Below, piece after piece: positions 15,680-28,009 of a stretch of DNA of 64,000 nucleotides; position 1 is the first letter of the stretch; each line of letters begins with the position of its first letter. The position numbers and the translations under genes are program-made. The notes beneath the pieces are model-generated. The model saw only the letters and a program-made list of their open reading frames with translations. It was not told where the DNA came from and did no database searches. This DNA is from Eledone cirrhosa (lineage: Eukaryota). Location of the stretch: NCBI GenBank assembly GCA_964016885.1, contig OZ024756.1, positions 4,650,001 through 4,714,000 on the forward strand, given 5' to 3'.

Positions 15680-15885
15680 GTATTAAGGATACTATTTATG
15701 GTTATGTATGTAATAAAACCTTTAATGGTAATATATTATTTATACAAACCTTAAATAGTGAAAGATAGTCATTAATTACTATCTTATTACCAGTAAGATA
15801 AATAGCTCAATATAATAACATCAGTTGTTTTACAGAGCAGTTATATAGAGATTACAATAATCAAAGTTCAGTTTAAGTCATTTAT

Positions 15886-15934
15886 TTGCTTACAATTGTT
15901 TCCTCCAAACCGAGGTTTGGATTCTTCGGAGCAA
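15886..15934 (-). ncRNA. Hammerhead in the 3' pLTR, variant core CCGAAGA
   Basis: Minus strand reads TTGCT-CCGAAGA-A TCCAAAC CTCG GTTTGGA G-GAAA-CAATTG-TA^AGCAA. Confidence 0.75.
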
Positions 15935-17864
15935 CTATTTACTGATCTATAACATACTTGACCTCCTTTTCAACCCAAGAGACATATAAAACATATGCGC
16001 ATATTGATCAACAGTGGGGTGACATTCATCAAATGATATAGCATGGCAATTTACATATAAAGGTTACAGGATAAAAGTAAAAATAAAAATAAAAACAAAA
16101 ATGAAAATAAAGATAAACATGAAGCGTTGGCAGTCTATGAAGATAAAGCAAGAGGAAAGTTTAGAGTAGTCAGTGTATGAAACAATCTCACGTGTAGCAT
16201 GCACGCGTGTCTTATTTATACATGATTAGAGTGCGTCAGAATGATATTTGCAGGGTCAGGCAGTTGAAGCAGGCAATCGATCTTATTATGTGGGCTGAAT
16301 TATTAAGTCATTTATTGTCATACATCTGTATGATATACAGTCTCGGATGCAGGGAAACACCAAAATATCAAAAACTTTCAACATACTATAAACCTTATTG
16401 TATCGTAGGCAAAGCCGTACCACTGTCTTCGCTCACACCACCACTCACATAATCCATGAGACGCAATATATAGAACACGTGTCTATCGTATAATTCACGA
16501 TGGTTCAGCATATAATCAAGTTATAAACCGTATCTAGTCGGTTCTTAATTAATAGATCATGCTGTTTAGATTCCGGAAGTGTCTGAATGACTAAGGGGAA
16601 TTAAAGCGTAAGGGGAGGTAACTAGCTAGTTATCTTAGTTAAATTATTATCCTAAACTACATTAATGGTGATACAAATACGTGCCTATCATATGAGGTTA
16701 TAACTAATTTCTAGAGTATGTTTCCCATTTATAGGTTAGAGAGTTGTCCATTGAGAAGTACAAGGGTGTATATATTAGGATGATTACCATCCATTAAGGG
16801 GTGTCATAACTGAACATTCTATAAGAGGAGTCAGACTCTCAAATCACTGTTCCATGCAAATGTAATATAACAGTAGGACATGGTATGGTCCCACTATTAT
16901 ATATGACCCCCGGTAGGCTCCGGGTCATTGTATGTCTGAATCTCCGGTAAATCTGAATACCTTCGGGATGGTCCGGAGATTTAATTTCTCATACAAAGGC
17001 ACTAGTCTGGTCATCAAGCAATAGACAACCCCCATCTCATATATAAATCAATTAGGTATCACATCTACAAGTTAGAGTGGAGTCTATTAATAGGTACTAA
17101 AGGAGTTCATATCATGATGACTACAATCTGGAGATTAAATCTCTCATACCAGGGCACCTGTCTGGCCACCAAGCAATACATAAACCCACATCCCACATAT
17201 AGATCAGGTATCCCATCCACAAGTTAGAGTGGAGTCCAATAACAAGTACTAAAGGAGTTCATATCAAGATGACTACAATCCAACATGGGGTGCCACACCT
17301 GGCCAATCCATAAGAAGAGTCAGACTACATAATTAATTACATGGTCTCACTATCAGTAATGGTCTTATTATCATACATGACTTCCGGCGAGATTCAGGTC
17401 GTAGTATGACTGCATCCCCGGTAAATTCACCAGGGTGGTCCGGTGGCCGGTTCTCTCGTCAAAAGATGCCGGTCAGGTCACCAGGCAACACATAGGCTCC
17501 TAACTCATGCATCACCTGTGCATAATTCATTGAACTGATCGTTTACAGTATATATTCACATAACAATACGATTATCTATCTAATCATCAATCTATCTCTT
17601 GGTGGCAATCCATGCACAGGACTATGTTATCGCAACCAGTACCGTTTCCCCGGTTTATACTAATCTTATATTTGTGCAATGCAGTTTAAGTAGTCCACGG
17701 TCGAGATATCAGAATTAGAGGTACAAGGGGGTATTCCCAGGGTAGGTGGTACTAAAATGCTGTCAGTATTATCTTTAGAGTATATAAATGGGTGTGGATG
17801 TGAGGTGTAAGGTGAGCTACTGATGTTAATTGCTAGGGGTGGTGCCGGTTCCGGTCTGACATTA

Positions 17865-20348
17865 TTATATATAGGGTTTAAAGTTTTGGAACGAGTGTCG
17901 GAAGCGGTGTTGGCAAGTTGCGAACACTTCTGATTTTTTATTAAGGAGATTATGTTTAGAGAAGATGATAGTATGGGTCTCTAGTAGACAGAGGTTACAA
18001 AATTTATTAGGTGGTTTGTACGATGTTGCACTACCTACCACTTCCCATTTAAGTGTATATATTTTATTTTTAGTTTTTAGATAGTGTATGTAGCTAGATA
18101 GTGAAGTGGAGTTGGCCAGACTGTGTTTTTTGAAAGAGTGGAGGTGCGAATTGTATCTAGTTTTGAAGCAGTTAGAAGTAGAGCCTATATAGGTTTCAGA
18201 AGAGTTGTTAGTTGTGACTGTACATGAGTATATGATATCCTTGGTTAAGCATTTTTTATCTAAAGGGCAGGTTCTACTTGATCTACAGTTACAATTACTC
18301 TGGGTGCTAGTCTGCCGGTTACTATGCTGTGTAGAAGTTTGGATGTTAGCTATAGGGTTATGGTTATGTGGGTTGTGGTACGCAGCGTTAATGTTTACAC
18401 TAGTGCTATTACTATTATTTCCATTGATATTACGGTTAGTTGCTATAATGTTACTTTGACTGTTATTTTGAACGTTATTTTGAAGGTTTATCGACTGTTG
18501 TGATTTAGTTTGTTGGAAGTAAGAATTAATTTTTCTTTTATTTGTACTAGCTATGTGGTATGCTAAGTTAGGCGTAGTAGAGTATGAGATCTTAATAGTG
18601 TTTTTGTTTAAAAGGCCGTGGTACCTGTGGCCGGATGGGAAGTGTTTATCTAGTAGTGAGAAGAAAGCCCTAGGTAGGTTGGTAGAGACGTTTAAATTGA
18701 AAGGAGGGTTGAAAAATGTATTATTTCTTCTTCTATTTCTGTTTTTTATGTCTGGTGATTTGTTTCCTTTAATGTTCCTATGGTAATTTCTGTGGTGCGG
18801 GTTACTTTTGTTGTTACTATCCCTATTAGTGTGTGTGCAGTTGCTATTCCTATTATTAAATTTTCCCATGGACATGTTGTGTGAAATGATGTTGTAGCTA
18901 TGCGTTTTTGTAGGTAGGAACTCTATCCCTGTATTATGGCTTGATCTAGCTAATGCCTGATTATAATACTGCGAGTTATTGTTAAATGTGTTTATGTCAT
19001 AGGATAGATTAGAGATTCTATTAGATACTCCCTTAGAGATAGAGTTCAATATAGATTTAGGGTGGTTAGACTTGGTATCTACGTAGATTAGTTTTTCATT
19101 AGGTTTGTGGAAAGGTGCATATATCATTGAGTCTAGGTAGAGTGTGGCGTCTAGGAAGTTGACGTTTTTGGTGTTTTTGTCCATGGTAATACTAAGGTTA
19201 AAGTTTTTGAATGTTTTGTGCAATAGTTTTCTAGTCCTTTCTATATTGAATTTTTTATAGTCTATAAGTAGAAGTGCATCGTCGCGATACAAACCACCGC
19301 TGAGGTACGGAAGTTCCCTGTGGATTTGGTTAAGTAAGTATAAGCCAACTAAATCAGTGACCTGCGCCGAGTCACTAGACCTCATAGTAATGTCGAAGTT
19401 GTTTTGCGTATCCTTGCGGGTCCATAATTGGTCTTCAAAGGTGATTATTGTTTTACGGGCCGCAAGTATGACATCAATCTGGGGTCTAGTCAGGTCACTA
19501 TTGTCCATGGCCATTATAAGTGCCTTATTTAGTAGGATAGGGGAAATAGAGGTGTAGTAAGAGTTGATATCAAATTGAATACATTTTTTATCCTTGTTAT
19601 CTATGATATTTTTGAACCATTCAATCACTTCACCCGTATTTCCCCATTGTTTAAGGTAAATCTTGTGTTTAATCTGTGGGATGATTTTGTCTAGAATTTT
19701 TTTACTGATAATGCCAATGTCAGACCTGGAGGGGCAGATTAGTCTAATCGAGGGGTTGCTAATGAAGTCCATCTTATGGTCCTTCAGAGAGAATCTAGGG
19801 GGGCTTGGGGTGTAAGGTTGTGTATGTCTCTGGAGCCCTAGTTTGGATACTATATTATAGCCTTCCATATTAATATCTTCTAAGTTTTTCATAGTGGTTT
19901 TCTTGTAGCTTTTATGTAGTTCATTATATATAAACTTTCTATACGTATTATAATCTAGGCTGTATATGTTATTAGTTTTGTCGGCATGTACAAAAATTTT
20001 ACTACTAGTTTTGAAGTCATTAATAGAGGTGCTAAGTTTGTTTAAGAAGGTGTTGTTTTTATTATGGTGTTTTTTGTATTTAATGTTTTTAACTAGTTTA
20101 ATTAGGTCGTTTTCGAAGTGGTTTAGTAGTGTGTTATGAGGGGGGCTTCTAAATGTTTTAAAGCCGAAGGAGTCAAATTTGTTGGTGTTATTATCCTTGC
20201 CAGATTTGTTTCTATCATAATGGAATGTCCTCCATCTCACTCTATTGATAAAGGAGTTTACACTGTTGATCAACAACTTTTCATATGTATTTTTGGTTGG
20301 TATAGGTATGTTCTTGGTTGACATAGGGAGTTGGTCTTTGATCAGCAT
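17865..20348 (-). CDS. PLE polyprotein: reverse transcriptase + GIY-YIG endonuclease, 827 aa
   Basis: RT motifs IRLICPSRSDIG, QWGNTGEVIEWF, FDINSYYTSI, GLYRDDAL. Zinc motif CNCRSSRTCPLDKKC. GIY-YIG region DIIY..YIGSTSNCFKTRYNSH..CNLCLLE..LLNKKSE..CQH. N-terminal KNIP..F..RVRW..FGFK..PP..FENDL is typical of Naiad-type PLEs. Confidence 0.95.
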   Translation of the reverse strand: MLIKDQLPMSTKNIPIPTKNTYEKLLINSVNSFINRVRWRTFHYDRNKSGKDNNTNKFDSFGFKTFRSPPHNTLLNHFENDLIKLVKNIKYKKHHNKNNTFLNKLSTSINDFKTSSKIFVHADKTNNIYSLDYNTYRKFIYNELHKSYKKTTMKNLEDINMEGYNIVSKLGLQRHTQPYTPSPPRFSLKDHKMDFISNPSIRLICPSRSDIGIISKKILDKIIPQIKHKIYLKQWGNTGEVIEWFKNIIDNKDKKCIQFDINSYYTSISPILLNKALIMAMDNSDLTRPQIDVILAARKTIITFEDQLWTRKDTQNNFDITMRSSDSAQVTDLVGLYLLNQIHRELPYLSGGLYRDDALLLIDYKKFNIERTRKLLHKTFKNFNLSITMDKNTKNVNFLDATLYLDSMIYAPFHKPNEKLIYVDTKSNHPKSILNSISKGVSNRISNLSYDINTFNNNSQYYNQALARSSHNTGIEFLPTKTHSYNIISHNMSMGKFNNRNSNCTHTNRDSNNKSNPHHRNYHRNIKGNKSPDIKNRNRRRNNTFFNPPFNLNVSTNLPRAFFSLLDKHFPSGHRYHGLLNKNTIKISYSTTPNLAYHIASTNKRKINSYFQQTKSQQSINLQNNVQNNSQSNIIATNRNINGNNSNSTSVNINAAYHNPHNHNPIANIQTSTQHSNRQTSTQSNCNCRSSRTCPLDKKCLTKDIIYSCTVTTNNSSETYIGSTSNCFKTRYNSHLHSFKKHSLANSTSLSSYIHYLKTKNKIYTLKWEVVGSATSYKPPNKFCNLCLLETHTIIFSKHNLLNKKSEVFATCQHRFRHSFQNFKPYI

Positions 20349-20601
20349 GCTGGTAATTTATGGTATATCAGCTCAACAAAATGGAGCAGTTATTAGTATT
20401 AAGGATACTATTTATGGTTATGTATGTAATAAAACCTTTAATGGTAATATATTATTTATACAAACCTTAAATAGTGAAAGATAGTCATTAATTACTATCC
20501 TATTACCAGTAAGATAAATAGCTCAATGTAATAACATCAGTTGTTTTACAGAGCAGTTATATAGAGATTACAATAATCAAAGTTCAGTTTAAGTCATTTA
20601 T

Positions 20602-20650
20602 TTGCTTACAATTGTTTCCTCCAAACCGAGGTTTGGATTCTTCGGAGCAA
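20602..20650 (-). ncRNA. Hammerhead in the 5' pLTR
   Basis: Identical to 15886-15934. Confidence 0.75.
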
Positions 20651-20860
20651 CTATTTACTGATCTATAACATACTTGTCCTCCTTTTCAACCCAAGAGACA
20701 TATAAAACATATTTTTACTTTTATCCTGTAACCTTTATATGTAAATTGCCATGCTATATCATTTGATGAATGTCACCCCACTGTTGATCAATATGCGCAT
20801 ATGTTTTATATGTCTCTTGGGTTGAAAAGGAGGTCAAGTATGTTATAGATCAGTAAATAG

Positions 20861-20909
20861 TTGCTCCGAAGAATTCAAACCTCGGTTTGGAGGAAACAAT
20901 TGTAAGCAA
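20861..20909 (+). ncRNA. Hammerhead in the inverted pLTR
   Basis: TTGCT-CCGAAGA-ATTCAAAC CTCG GTTTGGAG-GAAA-CAATTG-TA^AGCAA. Confidence 0.72.
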
Positions 20910-21002
20910 ATAAATGACTTAAACTGAATTTGATTATTGTAATCTCTCTCTATATATATATATATATATTTAGAGCAATAGTGAAACAATGCACAAAACA
21001 AA

Positions 21003-21175
21003 ATTGTTTCTACGTTAGGAACAAGGCCAGCAATTATCCCAGTGTATTACTGGTACTTTATTTTATCGACCCCGTAAGGTTGAAAGGCAAAGTTAACCTC
21101 GGCGGGATTTGAACTCAGTCCGTAAAGGGACGTAACTGCGCCGCAAAGCATGGCGTCCGACCCTCTACCGATAAA
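21003..21175 (-). mobile_element. tRNA-derived SINE, main family
   Basis: Reverse complement of the family consensus seen at 21517-21700. Confidence 0.85.
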
Positions 21176-21516
21176 TAACATGAGGATGCTAAACACCAGG
21201 CACTAAAATTCACGTGGGACTGATTGCTTAAACACCGGCCAGAGTTACTCCCCTTGCTCTGTGATAATAAAAACACATGCACGGAGAAAATGAATGAGGA
21301 TGTCAATTTAACCGTAAATTCACTCCCGGGAGCTATATTGAACTTTATTTTGCTTTCCAAGCCCTTGATAAGCCCACTAAGGGGGAAACGTACGTAGGTG
21401 CATAATTATATAAACATGTTTTAACGGTTTAAACTCTTTGTATTCACGGCTCAGAAATACTTCTTTCTTTGAGCTATTTCATTGTAAAGGACTACCCGAG
21501 ATTTGAACTCATTATT

Positions 21517-21700
21517 GGGATTGGCAGTATCGGTAGAGAGTCGGACGCCATGCTTTCCAGCATAGTTACGTCCCTTTACAGTCTGAGTTCAAATCCCGCC
21601 GAGGTTTACTTTGCCTTTCATCCTTACGGGGTCGATAAAATAAAGTACCAGTAATGCACTGGGTAATTGCTGGCCTTGTGCCTAAAGTAGAAACAATTAT
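21517..21700 (+). mobile_element. tRNA-derived SINE, main family, about 185 bp
   Basis: A-box TGGCAGTATCGG, B-box GTTCAAATC, core GCCTTTCATCCTTACGGGGTCGATAAAATAAAGTACCAG. More than 15 copies in the window. Confidence 0.9.
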
Positions 21701-21821
21701 TAATAGTATATATATATATTTATATATATATATATTCAGGGTCTCACAAAGAAATGGATACCCACTTGAACAATATTTTAATTAATATGTGTATACATTT
21801 TTTCAGGGGGTGGGGGGACCT

Positions 21822-21853
<32 letters not shown>

Positions 21854-21857
<4 letters not shown>

Positions 21858-22044
21858 AAAATGTTTGACCCCGATGGCAGAGCTCAAGCCATTTGGACGG
21901 CTATTTCTGGACTGAAATAGCCGTCGAAACAGCTGGAGCTCTGCCATCGGGGTCATACTTTCTCCTATTACCCACTCTACTACCCTAAGTATTGAATACT
22001 CTGGTGCTTTATGGTCCACCTGGTTCCTTACCACAATTCCCTCG

Positions 22045-22046
<2 letters not shown>
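21854..22046 (+). mobile_element. Fold-back pLTR-tail element in (TA)n; family also at 22670-22802, 23541-23745, 48303-48440, 55667-55816
   Basis: Hairpin at 21854-21968 followed by the conserved tail CCCACTCTACTACCCTAAGTATTG...CCTGGTTCCTTACCAC..TCGTT, then (AT)n. Confidence 0.8.
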
Positions 22047-22080
<34 letters not shown>

Positions 22081-22347
22081 CGGACGGTACTTGATTTAGG
22101 AGCCGCAGAAACCCAAATACTGGATTTTACCAACCTTCCAGGGGTCCGGGTAAATTTTCAATACCCGAATTACTTCATCGTTTTTTTGGCTATGCGAATG
22201 ATTGTTTAACCATCGTCTCAGTGTGTTTGGCCTTTAACGTTTGTTATAGCTCTGGTTCATCTGAATCATCGAGCACTTGCCTCACATCTCGGAGGTTGTT
22301 TTTCGTTATTTCGTGGGCCGAAATGCGAATCTCGATAATTTATGTTT

Positions 22348-22380
<33 letters not shown>

Positions 22381-22384
<4 letters not shown>

Positions 22385-22580
22385 GAAAGTGAACAACACA
22401 AGATATAAGTACTCCATTACCAAAGGTTTCTGGATCCCAGACAATAATAATATACGCCTGGATCGGTCGTCAGACAGAGATGTTATCTGATGACCGATCC
22501 AGACATATTTCAATATTGTCTGGGATCCAGAAACCTTTGGTAATGGAGTAATTATATTTTGTGTTGTTCACTTTCTAATT
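22381..22580. mobile_element. Palindromic element with one hammerhead on each arm (22412-22479 minus; 22483-22546 plus)
   Basis: Arms are reverse complements. Minus arm reads CTCTGT-CTGACGA-CCGATCCAGGC..GTCTGGGATCCA-GAAA-CCTTTGG-TA^ATGGAG. Plus arm has CTGATGA..GAAA-CCTTTGG-TA. Confidence 0.75.
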
Positions 22581-22803
22581 AAATAGCTCTGTTCTATACA
22601 TAGAGCACTCTTTTTTCCTTTGCCTTTCCTTCGGAATTCCCTAACACACACACACAAACATAGAGTACAGAAATAGCAGTCGAAACGGCTTGAGCTCTGC
22701 CGTCGGGGTTAAACATTTTCCTATTACCCACTCTACTACCCTAAGTATTGAGTACTCTGGTGCGTTATGGTCCATCTGGTTCCTTACCACACCACCTTCG
22801 TTA

Positions 22804-22855
<52 letters not shown>

Positions 22856-22949
22856 TTATGGTTAACTTTGTTGCAATTCGATTCGAGCACTCAACGTACT
22901 TTAACATTTGAAACTACTTTGCACCTATTTATTCTATATATGTATATAT

Positions 22950-23185
22950 ATACAATGATATTTAATAAATGGAAACTATATTTATAAAACCATATTTATT
23001 CTATTATATACATTTCAAGGGTATCAAAACTTTGGTACTCTTGAAATATATATAATAGAATAAATATACTTTCCATTTATTTAATATCATCGTATATTAT
23101 ACTCCAGAAAACCTGTCGAGTGCTCTGAATCAATTATAAGCATTTATATTTGTTGAATTACCAACAATTGAATATCCCTTTTGCT
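22950..23185 (+). mobile_element. Fold-back remnant of the HHR family seen at 48.5, 49 and 55 kb
   Basis: Palindrome 22950-23095 centred on GGGTATCAAAACTTTGGTACTCTT, which is that family's stem II hairpin. Confidence 0.7.
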
Positions 23186-23187
23186 TA

Positions 23188-23220
<33 letters not shown>

Positions 23221-23495
23221 TGTAAAATGCGTGAGATCCTCGACACAGTTATGTATATTTGAAAAAAAAGAAAAGAATGACTTCACTTGTAGATCTAAAT
23301 AATTTGATTTAATTTTATAATATTATGAATTTAAATCAAATTATTTAGAACTACAAGTGAAGTCATTCTTTTCCTTTTTTTCAAATATATATATAGAGAT
23401 ATATTATACACTACAAGCAGATTTTATTGATTTCGGATTTACAGAAACCTAACTGAGATATTGAATAATTTCGCAGTGATGGTCCAGGTTTGTTT

Positions 23496-23540
<45 letters not shown>

Positions 23541-23544
<4 letters not shown>

Positions 23545-23744
23545 AACGAGTAGGACCCCGACGGCTGAGCTCAAGCCGTTTCGACGGCTAATTCTGAACT
23601 AAATTTAGTCCAGAATTAGCCGTCGAAACGGCTTGAACTCAGCCGACGGAGTCCTACTCGTTCCTATTACCCACTCTACTACCCTAAGTATTGAGTACTT
23701 TGGTGAGTTATGGTCCACCTGGTTCCTTACCACATTTCCTTCGT

Positions 23745-23745
<1 letters not shown>
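23541..23745 (+). mobile_element. Fold-back pLTR-tail element, same family as 21854
   Basis: Near-perfect palindrome 23541-23667 plus the conserved tail; in (TA)n. Confidence 0.8.
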
Positions 23746-23776
<31 letters not shown>

Positions 23777-23882
23777 CATATGTGTATGTATTTTTTCTCG
23801 CGAATCAGTTCTTTCGTTGTTACAGATCCCGCAGATGAATTATCGATCGCTATCTTCAATTTGCAAAGCCCTTTAAACTGTA

Positions 23883-23981
23883 TGTTATTACTCTGACGTC
23901 TGTTATTACTCTGACGTCTGTTATTACTCTGACGTCTGTTATTACTCTGACGTCTGTTATTACTCTGACGTCTGTTATTAC
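23883..23981. repeat. 18-bp tandem repeat TGTTATTACTCTGACGTC, about 5.5 copies
   Basis: Directly visible. Confidence 0.95.
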
Positions 23982-24065
23982 CTTGTCGAATGCTTGGCTG
24001 CAATGCTGAATGCATTCGTTGGCTTAGCTGCTGCAGGAGCTTCGAATATGCTGTACTTTCATTTG

Positions 24066-25255
<1,190 letters not shown>

Positions 25256-25312
25256 TACATGAAATACTTGTTTAATTTTTAAAAGAATGCTGAGTCAATA
25301 GTATATATATAT

Positions 25313-25348
<36 letters not shown>

Positions 25349-25368
25349 ATATATATATATATATATAT

Positions 25369-25417
<49 letters not shown>

Positions 25418-25423
25418 TAATGT

Positions 25424-25429
25424 TTTATT
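25424..25429 (-). promoter_or_regulatory. Candidate polyadenylation signal of the cytochrome b5 gene
   Basis: AATAAA on the minus strand about 150 nt after the predicted stop. Confidence 0.45.
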
Positions 25430-25577
25430 GTTGAATGATGTCAGTTTGATAAAAATAATGACTTGCAGGATGTTTAATGGTAGAGATGTGTAATGGGTGA
25501 AAATGGTATCTAAGATGGCTTCTCTAACTGAGATGGTTAAGATGTGATGGTCTATATACAACAACGATATTCCACTC

Positions 25578-25604
25578 TCATTTCCTGTCGTCAATTTTGT
25601 CAAT
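25578..25604 (-). CDS. Cytochrome b5-like gene, candidate last coding exon (IDKIDDRK*)
   Basis: Strong acceptor tctcctttctttccag, then ATT GAC AAA ATT GAC GAC AGG AAA TGA in phase 0. Downstream AATAAA. Confidence 0.6.
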   Translation of the reverse strand: MDKIDDRK

Positions 25605-25855
25605 CTGGAAAGAAAGGAGAGTTAGTGAGAGAGTGTGTGAGAGAAATAGAGAGAAAGAGAGTTAGTGAGAGTGTGTGTGAGAGAAATAGAGAGAGCGAGA
25701 GATAGAAAGAGAGAGAAAGAGTGATTGAGAGAAAGAGTGATTGAGAGAGTTAGTGTGAGTGTGTGTGTGAGAGAAATAGAGAGAGAGAAAGAGAGAGTGT
25801 GTGAGAGAAATAGAGAGAAAGAGAGTTAGTGAGAGTGTGTGTGAGAGAGGGAGAG

Positions 25856-25893
<38 letters not shown>

Positions 25894-25988
25894 TGTGTGT
25901 GTGAGAGAGAGAGATTGAGAGAGCGTAGAAAGAGAGGGAGTGATAGAAATAGAGAGAGAGCGAGACATACAGAATGAGAGGAGTGCGG

Positions 25989-26044
<56 letters not shown>

Positions 26045-26046
26045 AA

Positions 26047-26080
<34 letters not shown>

Positions 26081-26499
26081 GAGAGAGAGAGAGAGTCTTT
26101 CAGATATAGATATAAAGAGAAAAAAAAGAATACGTCAACGATGATATACAACATTGTTGATTTTTTCAATTAGCCTTTTTCATACCACGTGGTGTTAACC
26201 GATCACTGTTTTATGATATAAATTTGTTTCTTTTAATGTATCCATCCAATCCAGGGAATTCTCACTGCTGTTTATATAGACCCCTTCTCTGGTTGACCTC
26301 CACCACTTTCTGTTTGGTTTTGGTCACATCAAGGGTGTAACCGTACTCACCACGCTTGGCCAATTGTGGGTTGATGGCTATTGACTCAGAGGTGTTCATC
26401 ATCTCATTTAGCAGCTCGTGTATTTTGTGCTTCAACTGATAGGGTCTGGTGGAAGAAGTCGGTTTAGTCCATGACCACTCACCCATGACTCACCACCAT

Positions 26500-26690
26500 A
26501 GGCGCTGAGCTGGCCAGCCGCAAGTGTGAACCCCGCGAGTTGGAGTGGCTTTTGCTTTTCCAGCGCGTCTCTCTTGCCGTCCTCCGGGGGAATGCCTTCT
26601 CCATTCTGTCCGCCGGGGCAGTGTGTGTGTATGTGGAGGGAGGGGTGGGGTACATCGCGTAACATTCTATATTTAAGTATCTGTTACAGT
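26500..26690 (+). mobile_element. CRE-clade LINE 3' fragment
   Basis: Matches the 3' end of the element at 57943-59377 (GAGCTGGCCAGCCG..GAGTTGGAGTGGCT) and shares a tail with the 31077-31405 copy. Confidence 0.8.
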
Positions 26691-26854
26691 GAAGCTGTGT
26701 TCATAATTACTAATCATGAAGCTTGAAGCTGTCCCAAATATGGTTTAATGATGAATCTGATTGTACGGGGTTATATGGTACCACTAGCGGACAGAAGCCT
26801 GACCTGACATCTATATTATTCTAAAATCCCCTAAAATCATCTAAAATAGGGCAG

Positions 26855-27032
26855 TGGTTTGGCTGTATCGGTAGAGCGTCAGACACCATGTTTTGCAACA
26901 TAGTTATGGCCCTTTGCGTTCTGAGTTCAAATCCGCCGAGGTTAACTTTGCCTTTCATCCTTACGAGGTCGATAAAATAAAGTACCAGTGGTGCACTGAG
27001 GTAATCGCTGGCCTTGTGCCAAAAGTAGAAAA
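26855..27032 (+). mobile_element. tRNA-derived SINE, main family
   Basis: Match to the family consensus. Confidence 0.85.
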
Positions 27033-27186
27033 ACTATATTATTCTAAAATCCTTCCATTATAATTTTATGTAAGGGCCATTGTTACATATTGCTACAGTT
27101 TAATAATTCAAATGATCTTTATATTACTAAATGTTCCAAACATTTTCATTGATTTGAAAATGAGTTGTTTTGAAAATTATAAGGAA

Positions 27187-27549
27187 ACTAGACCACCCGT
27201 GACCCGTTGGGTCATGTTCACTTAAAAATATTTTTTTTAAAAATCATGTTCACTTAAAAATAATTTTTAAATAATTAAAATATACACATACATCTCTCTC
27301 TTTCAATCTACCCTCTCACAACCATTATCTCTTTCTCTATAGCTTCCTCTCTCTCTCTTTATGAAGGTACCCGGAAAAACCCCGTATCTAGGGAACCCGT
27401 GCTTCGATTTACGCGAAACTTGTTTTATTCCATTTGTATTCTCATTTCAGGGACAATTTCCTTTCAAAGTATTTTCCCATTATGCACCGTTTTGGCTGTA
27501 TTAAATTACAGACAAGGCACAATTACAGAGTTTCAGTAGTATATAGATG
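27187..27549 (+). mobile_element. Possible Helitron/Helentron-like non-autonomous element
   Basis: Begins ACTAGAC..CCCG with hairpin GACCCGTTGGGTC and ends ...AGTAGTATATAGAT, termini typical of such elements. No coding evidence. Confidence 0.4.
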
Positions 27550-28009
27550 ATATGGAAACGGTTAAAATCATATTCGAATACTATTGTTTAAACATTATTT
27601 TTCATTTTCTTTTCCCGATGAAATAATTTATTATTAAAGGAGAAGCTACCAGATTTCCTTATACATATATTTAAATATTTATGACATAATTTAAAAAGTG
27701 CTAAATAGTCTTCTCTGAAGATTTTCGTTTTTTTTTCCTTCGTAATCATCGTACTAAGTTATAATTTCGTCAGTAAAAAACAACTAATATAAGTTTAACT
27801 GAAATGTTATAACAGTGATAAACAATATACTAATACAGAGTAAACTACTAACTTGTTGGTGGTCCACAGCGTATTTCGCGTGAAATTTGTGGCTCACCTT
27901 CTGAAAATCTTTGCACACGACCCTTGTGTTTTATAATAACAAACTTTCAGTTCCATTCCAACAGATTATATTTGGTATATATAAACTTCCTTATAGTCCT
28001 ATCTAAAGT

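Larger units (their letters stand above)
15679..20945 (-). mobile_element. Full-length Penelope-like element (Naiad-type) with pseudo-LTRs
   Basis: Direct repeat 15679-15995 vs 20395-20712 (offset 4716). Inverted pLTR copy at 20711-20945. Single RT-EN ORF between the repeats. Both ends lie in TA tracts. Confidence 0.93.

Noticed and set aside
16085-20348. Selenoprotein or SECIS feature, as reported for some Naiad elements
   Set aside because: The ORF has no in-frame UGA and ends in TAA; I could not identify a convincing SECIS downstream.
21517-21600. tRNA gene
   Set aside because: A and B boxes are present, but there is no full cloverleaf and it continues into the SINE body in many copies.
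23790-24065. Possible decayed PLE linker around the 18-bp repeat
   Set aside because: Resemblance to the Naiad RT-EN linker is too weak to support by eye.
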